From assembly GCA_020847095.1 (NCBI GenBank), contig JADLCR010000096.1:1127-65126 (forward strand): a stretch of DNA of 64,000 nt. Direction: 5' to 3'. The translations under genes were made by a program, and so were the position numbers. Origin of the DNA: Oligoflexia bacterium (GTDB lineage Bacteria; Bdellovibrionota; Bdellovibrionia; JABDDW01). How positions within the stretch are numbered: position 1 is the first letter of the stretch; each line of letters starts with the position of its first letter. The notes beneath the pieces are model-generated. The model ran no database searches and was not told the DNA's origin. It saw only the letters and a program-made list of their open reading frames with translations. Positions 28,797-38,223 of this stretch are shown piece by piece.

Positions 28797-29731
28797 TGCA
28801 AAAAATCAAAGAAGCACAACAGATATTAAAAGCTTTAGGTTTGGCAACCAAGCAACAAAACGAGATGTCAGCTCTAACCCTTCTTGCCCTAGCAAATATA
28901 CTACCCAATGGTAGTTGGGCTAAGGCGAGCAAAAAATCCATGGGCGTTTCAAATGACATAATGGTTTTCGTATCCAAAATATATAAAAGGAGGTACGCGC
29001 CAAACTCACGCGAAACATTCAGACGACAAGTCCTGCATCAATTCACACAGGCTTGCTTAACAGCGTATAACCCCGACAATCCTAAGCTTCCAGTTAACAG
29101 TCCGAACGCGCATTATGCGCTTACTGATGAAGCCTTGGAAGCGATTAGAGCCTTTGGGAAACCACAATTTAATAAGCTTGCAGCTAAGTTTGTTAAATCT
29201 TTAGAAAAGCGAGCCGGTCAGTATGAAAAAAAGAGAAACATTAATCGCATTCCCTTAGTGCTTGAAGACGGTAAAACTCTAACGCTTTCACCGGGTGAGC
29301 ACAACGAGGTTGAGGCTGCGATTGTAAGAGAATTTGGACCCAGATTCGCTAAAGGATCGAAACTTCTATATCTTGGCGATACCGAAAATAAAGAAATCAT
29401 TTTCGAAAAGGATACATTAAAGCAACTTGGTTGCAAAATAGTCGCACATGGCAAATTTCCCGATGTAATTCTTTTTGACGAAAAAAATAAGTGGCTGTTC
29501 CTGATTGAAGCAGTCAGTTCACATGGGCCGATGTCTCAAAAAAGAGTGAATGAGTTAAAAGATATTTTTTCTGGTTCTAAGTTGGGACTGGTTTTTGTAT
29601 CTGCATTTCCGAATTTTACTGAATTTAAACGCCACGCGAATGATATCGCTTGGGATACAGAAGTATGGCTGGCCGATGCACCAGATCATCTGATTCATTA
29701 TAACGGAGATCGTTTTTATGGTCCTCGCTAA
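28796..29731 (+). CDS. Putative type II restriction endonuclease (BsuBI/PstI-like), cognate to the methyltransferase.
   Basis: ATG overlaps the methyltransferase stop (TGATG). PD-(D/E)xK-like FPDVILFD…LIEAV. About 311 aa, consistent with the PstI-family size. Confidence 0.45.
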   Translation: MQKIKEAQQILKALGLATKQQNEMSALTLLALANILPNGSWAKASKKSMGVSNDIMVFVSKIYKRRYAPNSRETFRRQVLHQFTQACLTAYNPDNPKLPVNSPNAHYALTDEALEAIRAFGKPQFNKLAAKFVKSLEKRAGQYEKKRNINRIPLVLEDGKTLTLSPGEHNEVEAAIVREFGPRFAKGSKLLYLGDTENKEIIFEKDTLKQLGCKIVAHGKFPDVILFDEKNKWLFLIEAVSSHGPMSQKRVNELKDIFSGSKLGLVFVSAFPNFTEFKRHANDIAWDTEVWLADAPDHLIHYNGDRFYGPR

Positions 29732-29744
29732 ACTATTTTGCTAG

Positions 29745-30191
29745 GTGGCACTGATGGATAAGACCTTTAATATTTCTATACAAAGCGACAGTGATGGTTT
29801 CATTGCACTACATTGCAAGCTATGTAGTCGTAAGTTTAAAATGACCGTGCCTGATATTGAAGATGAAACTAGAAATGGAACTTTTTGTCCTGCATGTGGC
29901 ATGAACCAAAATATGTCAGAGTACTATCCTGAGAGTGTTGCTGAGGCAGCAATGACTGTTGCTGCAGAGATGGCAGAAAATGAAATCATGAATATTTTCA
30001 AGAAAACATTTTCAGGCTCTAAACATATTAAAGTGAAAACACCACAGCCCAAATCTATTTCGCAACCAAAGGTATATACTGAAGAGGGGAGTTATTCATC
30101 CTATGGCCTTGCATGCTGCCAGCGAGAAATCAAAATTGAAGCAGCTTCTTCTGGCAACGTAGTATACTGTCCGTTTTGCGGGTTAAGTTAA
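29745..30191 (+). CDS. Zinc-ribbon protein of unknown function.
   Basis: CxxC…CxxC pairs (CKLCSRKF…CPACG and CC…YCPFCG). Starts 14 nt after the restriction endonuclease gene. Confidence 0.5.
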   Translation: MALMDKTFNISIQSDSDGFIALHCKLCSRKFKMTVPDIEDETRNGTFCPACGMNQNMSEYYPESVAEAAMTVAAEMAENEIMNIFKKTFSGSKHIKVKTPQPKSISQPKVYTEEGSYSSYGLACCQREIKIEAASSGNVVYCPFCGLS

Positions 30192-30192
30192 A

Positions 30193-31005
30193 ATGGTTGA
30201 TAGTCTAGGAGAAAAAGAGCTTAAAAAACTATCTTTGGATTTTCGTCAATTTTCAAGTCGATTGATGTCCTCTCAAGTTGGAGATGCGAAAAAAAATTGC
30301 TTTAGATTCATCAATTATATCGAGCAAACGCCCTTACTGATGGACTACATTAGAAATTGTCGACCAATCATTATAAATTTTGATGAAGTTCTAAAAGCCA
30401 GAAGCCAGTACGACCAATTTGATATTCCAGAGGATATTGAAGGTGAGATCTCTTACGTTTACTCTTTATTAAAATGGTTTCTACAAAGTAAATACGATTA
30501 CTACCAAATTGCATATACTTATGGGTCAGGAAATAAGGTGCAATACCACATAGAAGCCTTCAATCGAGGCGTAGTGCTGCCCTTTATTCAGCATTTAGAA
30601 AATCGAATACAAACGCTCATAATTAAAAGAAGTGAGGATAATGTGCCTAATCAAGGAATTAAGGTTGATGGAAATGTTGGACAAATAAATTACGCAACAA
30701 ATAGCAGCCATATTTCTGCAAACAACATTTCAAATTCGACTGTTGAGCAAATTGTACATGAAGGTGCTAAAATTTTAACAATGCTGAATAGCGAAAATAA
30801 TATTGATCAAGCATCCAAAGAGGAAACTAAAGAATTAGTTGAAACAATACTAAATGAAATCAAAGCAAAAGAGCCCAAAAAAACATTATTGCGCATGGCC
30901 AAGGACAGACTTGAGCAGATTACTAAGTTGGCGGGATTCACGCTCGCGGCTAAGGAATGTATTGAAAAAATATGCGCCTTGGCGGCTTCTTACATGGGCT
31001 CATAG
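30193..31005 (+). CDS. Hypothetical protein translationally coupled to the zinc-ribbon gene.
   Basis: 2-nt spacing from the upstream stop. No recognisable motif. Its C-terminus looks coiled/helical. Confidence 0.5.
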   Translation: MVDSLGEKELKKLSLDFRQFSSRLMSSQVGDAKKNCFRFINYIEQTPLLMDYIRNCRPIIINFDEVLKARSQYDQFDIPEDIEGEISYVYSLLKWFLQSKYDYYQIAYTYGSGNKVQYHIEAFNRGVVLPFIQHLENRIQTLIIKRSEDNVPNQGIKVDGNVGQINYATNSSHISANNISNSTVEQIVHEGAKILTMLNSENNIDQASKEETKELVETILNEIKAKEPKKTLLRMAKDRLEQITKLAGFTLAAKECIEKICALAASYMGS

Positions 31006-31605
31006 CTAGTGCTGACGGTTTCTCTGCCTGACGTCAGCTCTGTGCAGATTAAAATCCAGTTTCAACGCGTTTTTGCAATAGTCTTTCGTTAGATAGTCAA
31101 ATGTTCTTCGATCAATTTCAGCAAAAACAAAAGGAGCGCCTAAAGACTCCTCAAGTCGGTCAATATCCGATCTTGGTGAACTAGGATAATATTCTTTAAT
31201 CAAACCCTTTTCGACTAAATTATCAAAATATAACCTTGGGTACTTTTTCAAATTAAAGTCAGCATCAAGTGTATTATCATCTATAAAACAATGAATAATA
31301 AACTTCTCTACTTCGTGGAGACTTTTTATCTTTTTAGAAATGCTGCTACCAAAGAAGACCTGTCCACAAATATTAAAAACTCCATTTATGCAAAATTGAC
31401 CGAGTAAAATAATTCCTTTTAGCAAAAAGTAGCAAACGATAAACCCTGCAATTAGTGGAAATGCAAATGGTAACACCCCAAATACAACCGCAAGGATGGC
31501 ACCAATAAGACAAACAACCAAAGTAATTATGTCAATGGGCCTATCCGGCTTAAATCCTAAAATATCCTTTACAATTTTGAAGAAAATCCCCTCAGGTAAA
31601 GCCAA
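31006..31605 (-). CDS. Hypothetical membrane protein with two N-terminal TM helices and a cytoplasmic domain.
   Basis: Hydrophobic helices LVVCLIGAILAVVFGVL and LIAGFIVCYFLLKGIILL. Convergent with the upstream operon, with no gap. Confidence 0.5.
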   Translation of the reverse strand: MALPEGIFFKIVKDILGFKPDRPIDIITLVVCLIGAILAVVFGVLPFAFPLIAGFIVCYFLLKGIILLGQFCINGVFNICGQVFFGSSISKKIKSLHEVEKFIIHCFIDDNTLDADFNLKKYPRLYFDNLVEKGLIKEYYPSSPRSDIDRLEESLGAPFVFAEIDRRTFDYLTKDYCKNALKLDFNLHRADVRQRNRQH

Positions 31606-31880
31606 GATTGCTCCTTAATGAAGAATGACAAAAAAAGAGATGCTGTTGCTTAAGTTCAATAAAAAAATTCTCACTAATCTAAAGATGTATGTCTAGATTA
31701 AATTGAGTCCAGTTAAGACCTATCAAGTAGCTTTTCAAGTAGTACAAAAGTAGCAACGTAGCGAAATTTGTTGAAAGACTGCGAAATAAACCGGTTGATC
31801 GGCAAAGCTCGATTCAGTGTTTTCAATTACTTATAATCTTTGGGTTTCTGACTCAGACTTACAAAACGACTAGTGAAAAT

Positions 31881-31957
31881 TGGCGGGGTGTACGGGACTC
31901 GAACCCGTGGCCTTCCGCGTGACAGGCGGACGTTATAACCAACTTAACTAACACCCC
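31881..31957 (-). tRNA. tRNA-Asp (anticodon GTC).
   Basis: Cloverleaf with anticodon loop CCTGTCACG, T-arm GGTTCGAGTCC and a 3' CCA encoded in the DNA. Confidence 0.9.
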
Positions 31958-32038
31958 GAGACAGGTTTAATTTGAGCTCGTATATAACCAAGCAATACTG
32001 GGGCGTACAACAAAATTCTTACCCAGCTGCTCTATAGG

Positions 32039-32596
32039 CTAAGGGAGACTAAAGCAGAGCCTAGACTCCTGAAATATCCCTTGATCATCTAAAATGCGGG
32101 CCAGACCCGTGCAAAACCCAGTCGATTGAAGCGCCTTACAAGGAGTCGACCCCTTTGGGGCATTTCGAGAAAAGAGTCCACAGACCGGGGCCATATCGGC
32201 ATAAACAGCACCGCCATTGGTTGCGCTGCCTTTTAGTGAATCTTGAGTCACTGGCTTAAAGGAATATGTATAGGAATAATCAGGAGTGCATTCGCCTTGA
32301 TAGCAAGTCTCTTTTCCAGTTGGATTGGCTTGTTCGACTCGTTCCATCTTACTGACATATGTAGCTTTAAGCTTAAATCCGTTGGCGCACTCAAGTTGGG
32401 CGGTCCAAGCCTCACCTTCATCAGCACATCCATCTTCGCCGCACTGACCGTGGATCAAATAAGACATCGGTTTTAAAACTTGGCATTCGGACCAAGCGCC
32501 ATTGTTCACGCTCATTTTGAGAGTTTGAGTTTGCGCTCCGGCAAACTGGGTGGCAAAAAGTAGCATTCCACAAACAACAAGAAACAACTTGGACAT
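32039..32596 (-). CDS. Cysteine-rich secreted protein. The start is set at the Met that gives a signal peptide.
   Basis: MSKLFLVVCGMLLFATQFAGAQT signal peptide and about 12 Cys in the mature region. Confidence 0.5.
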   Translation of the reverse strand: MSKLFLVVCGMLLFATQFAGAQTQTLKMSVNNGAWSECQVLKPMSYLIHGQCGEDGCADEGEAWTAQLECANGFKLKATYVSKMERVEQANPTGKETCYQGECTPDYSYTYSFKPVTQDSLKGSATNGGAVYADMAPVCGLFSRNAPKGSTPCKALQSTGFCTGLARILDDQGIFQESRLCFSLP

Positions 32597-32785
32597 ACCG
32601 TAAATCTCCTCTGAAAGGGTCGCTCTCCGTAAGCTTTGACAGTTTGCCACAATCGCAAGCGATATGCCGTTAGGAAACTAATAGGTTTTATACTCGTAGC
32701 TTGAGCCCGGTAAAAATTACACAAGAGTTATCCACAAAGAGAGTGGTTTTCATTCGCCACTAAATTCGCTACAAGTGTCCCCCTT

Positions 32786-33316
32786 ATGAAAGCAGTTTGT
32801 GTGTTTTGCGGCTCTCGCACGGGAGCCTCATCGGTTTTTTTAGAAACAGCTCAGGAGCTGGGCAAGCTCATCGCCAAAAAAAATCTGAAGCTTGTTTATG
32901 GCGGAGCACAGGTTGGTCTTATGGGAGCGGTCGCCGACAGTTGCCTTGAAGCCGGTGGCCAGGCGATAGGAGTTGTTCCTCAAGTTATTTTAGAAAACGA
33001 AGTCGAACACAAACACCTTACTGAAATTCATCATGTGGGAACCATGCACGAGCGAAAAGCATTAATGGTCGAAAAGTCCGATGCTTTTATTGCCATACCC
33101 GGAGGCTTTGGAACACTCGATGAATTATTTGAGATTCTCACCTGGGGCCAACTCAAGATTCACCACAAACCTATTTACCTTATTAACGTTACCGGTTTTT
33201 TCGATCACCTTATCGACTTTGTGGACTTTGCGACTAAGCAAGGTCTCATTCACCCTGACCACAGAAAACTTCTTAACGTATTGGGTTCAGTTTCTGATCT
33301 AGAATCGTTATTATAA
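32786..33316 (+). CDS. LOG family protein (cytokinin riboside 5'-monophosphate phosphoribohydrolase-like, TIGR00730).
   Basis: VFCGSRTG…YGGAQVGLMG…PGGFGTLDELFE signature motifs. Confidence 0.85.
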   Translation: MKAVCVFCGSRTGASSVFLETAQELGKLIAKKNLKLVYGGAQVGLMGAVADSCLEAGGQAIGVVPQVILENEVEHKHLTEIHHVGTMHERKALMVEKSDAFIAIPGGFGTLDELFEILTWGQLKIHHKPIYLINVTGFFDHLIDFVDFATKQGLIHPDHRKLLNVLGSVSDLESLL

Positions 33317-33320
33317 AAAA

Positions 33321-33345
33321 GACGGACCCAAAATGAGGGTCCGTC
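33321..33345. terminator. Hairpin terminator (9-bp GC-rich stem).
   Basis: gacggaccc-aaaatga-gggtccgtc, preceded by A6. Confidence 0.6.
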
Positions 33346-33371
33346 CCGTTACCGAATTAAATCAAAAGCCA

Positions 33372-33770
33372 TTATTCTTCGCAGATCCAGAATTCTTCTT
33401 CGGATTGATTTTCCCATTTGCCATAAACCAACAATCCGTCACGGTCGAAATAGTATCTCACCATTGATTCATCACCACCGTCAGTGATGTCAACCTCGTA
33501 CCCAAAAATGCGACGGCCTTTTGAAAAAGCGCGCGCTCCGTTGGGATAAAGTGGCGCGATATCTTGTTGAGTTCCGATATCTCTTTTGTACTGATCAATC
33601 GCTTTACCGATCAATCCTCGAACCTCTTCAAACTTAATTTCCCGTGGCCATCCGCTGAGAATTAAATCTCGACGGTCTTCGCACCCTTGCTCTTGAGCGT
33701 AGGCCCATTCAACCTCACCCCAACCCATCCAAAATAAAAGGCTTAGAATCATGGCTTTTTTCATAGACAC
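33372..33770 (-). CDS. Hypothetical secreted protein.
   Basis: Signal peptide MSMKKAMILSLLFWMGWG. Confidence 0.45.
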   Translation of the reverse strand: MSMKKAMILSLLFWMGWGEVEWAYAQEQGCEDRRDLILSGWPREIKFEEVRGLIGKAIDQYKRDIGTQQDIAPLYPNGARAFSKGRRIFGYEVDITDGGDESMVRYYFDRDGLLVYGKWENQSEEEFWICEE

Positions 33771-33946
33771 TCCCTTTTTTGAAATACTTTGAGCCCCCTA
33801 AAAGCAAGGCTCGTTCCGTTTCAAAGCCAATCTGTGGATTTTCGAGGGATTGATTTAGAATAAGTTATAAATGCGGCGCTTCATAATGAAGTAGGTTCTG
33901 CATCATAGGAGGCCGGCTGGTTCGTTTCGATCCGATTAAATTTTAA

Positions 33947-33969
33947 TTGAAATTGGTGGGCGTTGAAAT

Positions 33970-33978
<9 letters not shown>
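33947..33978. repeat. Perfect 16-bp tandem duplication (TTGAAATTGGTGGGCG x2) spanning the 3' end of tRNA-Val(TAC).
   Basis: Read directly from the sequence. The second copy contains the CCA end of the tRNA. Confidence 0.8.
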
Positions 33979-34044
<66 letters not shown>

Positions 34045-34051
34045 CTTGAGA

Positions 34052-34513
34052 CTACTCTCGCTCTAACTCAAAAAATTCATCCGGCTGGCTTTCCAGCGGA
34101 GAACGAATCTCCATCGTAAGGCCTGAAAGTACCAATTGAGACGCCCTTGTATCATAGACGGCACTGATGGAAATAGGGAAATAATACCCAGTGCGATGGC
34201 GGATGACTGCCGAAAAAGTCTTACTTTTTAACGGTTGTAACCGGCTACCATGAGCCATCAAGACGCCATATTTATAAATCTGAATCATTGCTTCAAGCTT
34301 GTTGGGCTTTGAATAAAAGACTCCCGTGCTTAAAACAATCTTAAGACCCTGAAGACGATTGACCCAAGTTCCGACAACTTCCCTCATCGGAAAAGGCCCG
34401 TCTTTAATTGGAGCGGCCTGAAGAGGCACACTCAATCCTAAGGCTAAAACGAAAATGAATGCTCTAACAACTGACTTAAACATCCCTACCCCCCTAAATT
34501 CGGAACGTTTCAC
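34052..34513 (-). CDS. Hypothetical secreted protein.
   Basis: Signal peptide. Confidence 0.45.
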   Translation of the reverse strand: MKRSEFRGVGMFKSVVRAFIFVLALGLSVPLQAAPIKDGPFPMREVVGTWVNRLQGLKIVLSTGVFYSKPNKLEAMIQIYKYGVLMAHGSRLQPLKSKTFSAVIRHRTGYYFPISISAVYDTRASQLVLSGLTMEIRSPLESQPDEFFELERE

Positions 34514-34518
34514 CCTAC

Positions 34519-35649
34519 TTAATGGCCAATGAGCACCCTCGCGGTCTTATTGAGGTAGTACCCATTTTTTCCCCTAAAAATGTATTTCGGCTTATTAAAG
34601 TCCGGTTCTATCAATTGACGCAAGCGCTTTATTGTTACGTAGATCTTGTTATCGTGAATTGTGGGGTCGTATTCCTGATCCCATACCTTGCGCACAAGGG
34701 CCTCTTTGGTAAAAACTCGTCCCGGATTTTTGACAAAGAGATGCAATAAATCGATCAAAATAAACTGATTCTTAAAGTCGACTCGTCCCAAGGACTTCTC
34801 AACAACCGAGGTGCTGTCTGGGTCAAAAATCAGATCATACTCGCCCTGATCATGATGAGCGCCAATCTCATTGAGTGCATTTTTTAGCATTCGGGTCATG
34901 CGTGGCAATTCAGTTTCGTTGGCGCTTTTTAGGGCCAATTGCAGATACAACTTTGCTAATCGTGGGTCGCCACTGCGCTGATAGGTCGAGCCCATGCCGT
35001 ATAAGGCATTCAGATACAGCATAATATTCTGATGGGACTTGAGCATTTCGTAGGCGTGCCAAAAACACTCGAGGGCACGGTCATAGTCTCCGCGATTTCT
35101 GTGAATCAGGCCATTTAACAAACGCGCGCTAATTTGAAGGTCCGGAACGGCAATCGCGCCAAAGAAGATGTCCAGATTGTAAAGTTCCCTGAGAGACTCC
35201 TCAAGTTTGCCAGAGGCGTAATAGCAATTCGCAATTCCATAAATGGCGTAGCACATGTCAACTTTGTTGTCTTTTTCGAGAGCAATCTTGAGAGCCTTTT
35301 GAAAATAATCAAGCGCTACTTGCTCTTGCCCATCACGATAATAAGAACAAAGTCCCAAAATATAATGGGTGCGAGAGTTGAGCTCGAGATTTTCTTTCAT
35401 CACGAGATCTTGAAGCTTCTCTTTTGCCTGCTGAATTTTTGCTGTTTCTTCTTTTTCGACGAGAATTCTTAAAATGTAATTAAGTGTTTCCACATAGCGG
35501 TCATACAGCTTGTTTTGCAGAAATAAATCGCAAGCCTTCTCTAACCGTTCAAGCGCCTTGCCGTACTCCGCCCGATCGTACAGGAGGCGACCCATCTCAT
35601 AATGATACTCGTGGGCCAGCGGTAAACTCATTTGACTAAAACTCCCCAA
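34519..35649 (-). CDS. Transcriptional regulator with N-terminal TPR repeats and a C-terminal OmpR/PhoB-type winged-helix DNA-binding domain.
   Basis: C-terminus RVFTKEALVRKVW…IHDNKIYVTIKRLRQLIE…IFRGKNGYYL matches the trans_reg_C pattern. TPR-like repeats sit upstream. Confidence 0.6.
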   Translation of the reverse strand: MGSFSQMSLPLAHEYHYEMGRLLYDRAEYGKALERLEKACDLFLQNKLYDRYVETLNYILRILVEKEETAKIQQAKEKLQDLVMKENLELNSRTHYILGLCSYYRDGQEQVALDYFQKALKIALEKDNKVDMCYAIYGIANCYYASGKLEESLRELYNLDIFFGAIAVPDLQISARLLNGLIHRNRGDYDRALECFWHAYEMLKSHQNIMLYLNALYGMGSTYQRSGDPRLAKLYLQLALKSANETELPRMTRMLKNALNEIGAHHDQGEYDLIFDPDSTSVVEKSLGRVDFKNQFILIDLLHLFVKNPGRVFTKEALVRKVWDQEYDPTIHDNKIYVTIKRLRQLIEPDFNKPKYIFRGKNGYYLNKTARVLIGH

Positions 35650-35781
35650 ATGACATTCCCTTAAATCTTGTCGGTAATCTCTTATATAAGGGTTTGAAGT
35701 GCAAGGTTTTTTACAGTTGAGGAAAAAAGAAATGGGGGTTTCCGACTGGAAACCCCCACGGTGTTTAGCCTTTTTACATGA

Positions 35782-38205
35782 TCAATGCGTCTGGAACGAA
35801 TGCCCCGTATAGTGAGCCCGAATCCCCTGTGCGTCCTGATGGGTACGGACCTTAAAGATGTCCTCAGGCTTTTTAACATCAAGGGCGTTTACCAAGACCT
35901 GATCAACGTGATCCACAAGAATGACTCTTAATTGCTTTAAAACCTTCTTGGGAATGTCTTTAAGATCTTTTTCGTTCTCTTTTGGGCAAATTATGGTTTT
36001 TATTCCCCCGCGATGGGCAGCCAATACCTTTTCTTTGAGACCGCCAATGGGGAGCACTCTTCCGCGAAGGGTAATCTCACCGGTCATCGCCACATCCCTA
36101 CGAACCGGAATCTTAGTCATGGCCGACACTATTGAAGTGGCCATGGTAATCCCTGCGCTCGGTCCGTCTTTTGGAATTGCTCCTTCAGGAACGTGAATGT
36201 GCACGTCGGTGTTTTGAATGAACTCTTTTTCGATACCGAACAGCGGTGCTCGGCTTCGCACATAGCTCATGGCTGCGCTAGCTGACTCTTTCATCACGTC
36301 ACCAAGCTGTCCGGTAACCATGAACTTGCCTCGTCCCGGAACACAGCTCACTTCGACAGTCAGAAGATCGCCGCCCACCTCGGTCCAAGCCATACCGTTG
36401 ACGAGTCCGAGTTCGTTTTTCTGTTCAATTTTGCCATGCTTGAACTTCACTGGACCTAAAATATCTTTTAGGTTGGTATTGGTCACAGTGACTGACTTTT
36501 TCTTGGTCGACAAAATTTTGCGGGCTACTTTGCGACAAATATTTGAAAGTTCGCGCTCCAGACTGCGTACTCCAGCTTCTTTTGTGTATCCCCGGATCGT
36601 GGCATAGATAGCGCTGTCAGCTATAGCAACCTTCTTGTGCTTCAAGCCGTTTGCTTCAATGACCTTAGGAACCAGGTAGCGCTTGGCAATCTGGAATTTT
36701 TCTTCTTCGGTATAGCCCTCAAGCGAAATCAATTCCATTCGATCTAACAGCGGCCTGGGAATAGTAAATATCGAATTAGCTGTTGTCACAAATGTGACCT
36801 TACTGAGGTCATAATCAACCTCGAGATAATGATCTCCGAAATTTACGTTTTGCTCAGGGTCCAAAACTTCAAGCAGCGCGCTTGAAGGGTCCCCTCTGAA
36901 ATCCATGCTCATCTTGTCGATTTCGTCGAGCAAGAAGACGGGGTTTCCCGTGTCACCTTTTTTAAGAGCCTGAATAATCTTTCCCGGCATTGCCCCAATA
37001 TAAGTTCTTCGATGCCCTCTGATTTCTGCTTCATCTCTGACGCCGCCAAGAGAAATGCGAACGAAGCTTCGGTGCATGGCCTTCGCAATCGATCGGGCTA
37101 GCGAGGTTTTCCCAACCCCTGGGGGTCCAACCAAACATAGAATTGGACCTTTTTGAGTCTCAACTAAGCTTTGTACGGCGAGGTATTCGAGAATTCTCTC
37201 TTTCACCTTCTCCAGGCCGTAATGATCGGATTCCAGAATTTTTTCGGCCTCTCTAATTTCAACCTTATCTTTGGAATACTTGTGCCACGGTAGGCTCAAG
37301 ATCCAATCGATATAGTTTCGCACCACAGTCGCTTCTGCTGACATAGGCGACATCATTTTGAGTTTTCGGATTTCTTTTTTAACCTTCTCGCCGGCCTCTT
37401 TACTTAAAGGCTTTGCTTTAACTGCTTTTTCAAGCTCGACGATTTCTTGCTGAAAGTCGTCCTTCTCTCCGAGCTCTTTTTGAATCGCTTGCATTTGTTC
37501 GTTGAGGTAATACTCTTTCTGAGACTTCTCCATCTGCTTTTTCACGCGCGTACGAATCTTCTTTTCAACCTGAAGAATTTCAATTTCGCCGCTCATGAGT
37601 GATAGCAGCTCCTCAAGGCGCTTTCCGGGGTCGATGATTTCAAGAGCTTTCTGCTTATCCTCTAAACGCAAATTGAGCTGCGCCACTATCGTGTCTGCAA
37701 GTCGACCCGGCTGATCAATGCTCGCCACTGTCATGAGCATTTCCGGAGGAATGCGCTTGTTTAGCTTTACGTAAGTTTCAAAGGTTGTCTTCACCGACCT
37801 CACAAGGGCTTCGGACTCGACTTTGTCGTCGACCTTTTCGGGAAGCTCTTCGGCTTCAACGATAAAAAACGAATCGTGAGGGACAAAGTTCTTAATTTTT
37901 ACTCGGCGCTTTCCTTCGATGAGAACTTTTACGGTTCCATCGGGAAGTCTCAGGAGTTGGATGATGCTTCCCAAAGTCCCGATGGCGTATATGTCAGTGG
38001 ACTCTGGGTTGTTGGTCTTGGCATCTTTTTGAGCCGCCAGAACAATATCGGTCTTTTTGCTCATGGCATCTTCGAGAGCGTTAATGCTCTTTTCTCGCCC
38101 AACAAACAGGGGCATCATCATGTGCGGAAAGACGATAACGTCGCGTAGTGGAAGTAATGGAAGTCGGACAACTGCTTGGGTTTCTTTTTTCCCGCCCTGG
38201 CTCAT
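35782..38205 (-). CDS. lon: ATP-dependent Lon protease.
   Basis: Walker [10 protein letters not shown], catalytic [12 protein letters not shown], about 807 aa. Confidence 0.95.
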   Translation of the reverse strand: MSQGGKKETQAVVRLPLLPLRDVIVFPHMMMPLFVGREKSINALEDAMSKKTDIVLAAQKDAKTNNPESTDIYAIGTLGSIIQLLRLPDGTVKVLIEGKRRVKIKNFVPHDSFFIVEAEELPEKVDDKVESEALVRSVKTTFETYVKLNKRIPPEMLMTVASIDQPGRLADTIVAQLNLRLEDKQKALEIIDPGKRLEELLSLMSGEIEILQVEKKIRTRVKKQMEKSQKEYYLNEQMQAIQKELGEKDDFQQEIVELEKAVKAKPLSKEAGEKVKKEIRKLKMMSPMSAEATVVRNYIDWILSLPWHKYSKDKVEIREAEKILESDHYGLEKVKERILEYLAVQSLVETQKGPILCLVGPPGVGKTSLARSIAKAMHRSFVRISLGGVRDEAEIRGHRRTYIGAMPGKIIQALKKGDTGNPVFLLDEIDKMSMDFRGDPSSALLEVLDPEQNVNFGDHYLEVDYDLSKVTFVTTANSIFTIPRPLLDRMELISLEGYTEEEKFQIAKRYLVPKVIEANGLKHKKVAIADSAIYATIRGYTKEAGVRSLERELSNICRKVARKILSTKKKSVTVTNTNLKDILGPVKFKHGKIEQKNELGLVNGMAWTEVGGDLLTVEVSCVPGRGKFMVTGQLGDVMKESASAAMSYVRSRAPLFGIEKEFIQNTDVHIHVPEGAIPKDGPSAGITMATSIVSAMTKIPVRRDVAMTGEITLRGRVLPIGGLKEKVLAAHRGGIKTIICPKENEKDLKDIPKKVLKQLRVILVDHVDQVLVNALDVKKPEDIFKVRTHQDAQGIRAHYTGHSFQTH

Positions 38206-38223
38206 TTGGCCTCCTTTGTTGTT

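Larger units (their letters stand above)
24737..31894. mobile_element. About 7.1 kb integrative genomic island at tRNA-Asp carrying int, xis, a restriction-modification system and unknown accessory genes.
   Basis: 14-bp direct repeats at both ends, a tyrosine integrase plus excisionase, a target tRNA, and content that looks AT-rich by eye. Confidence 0.6.
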
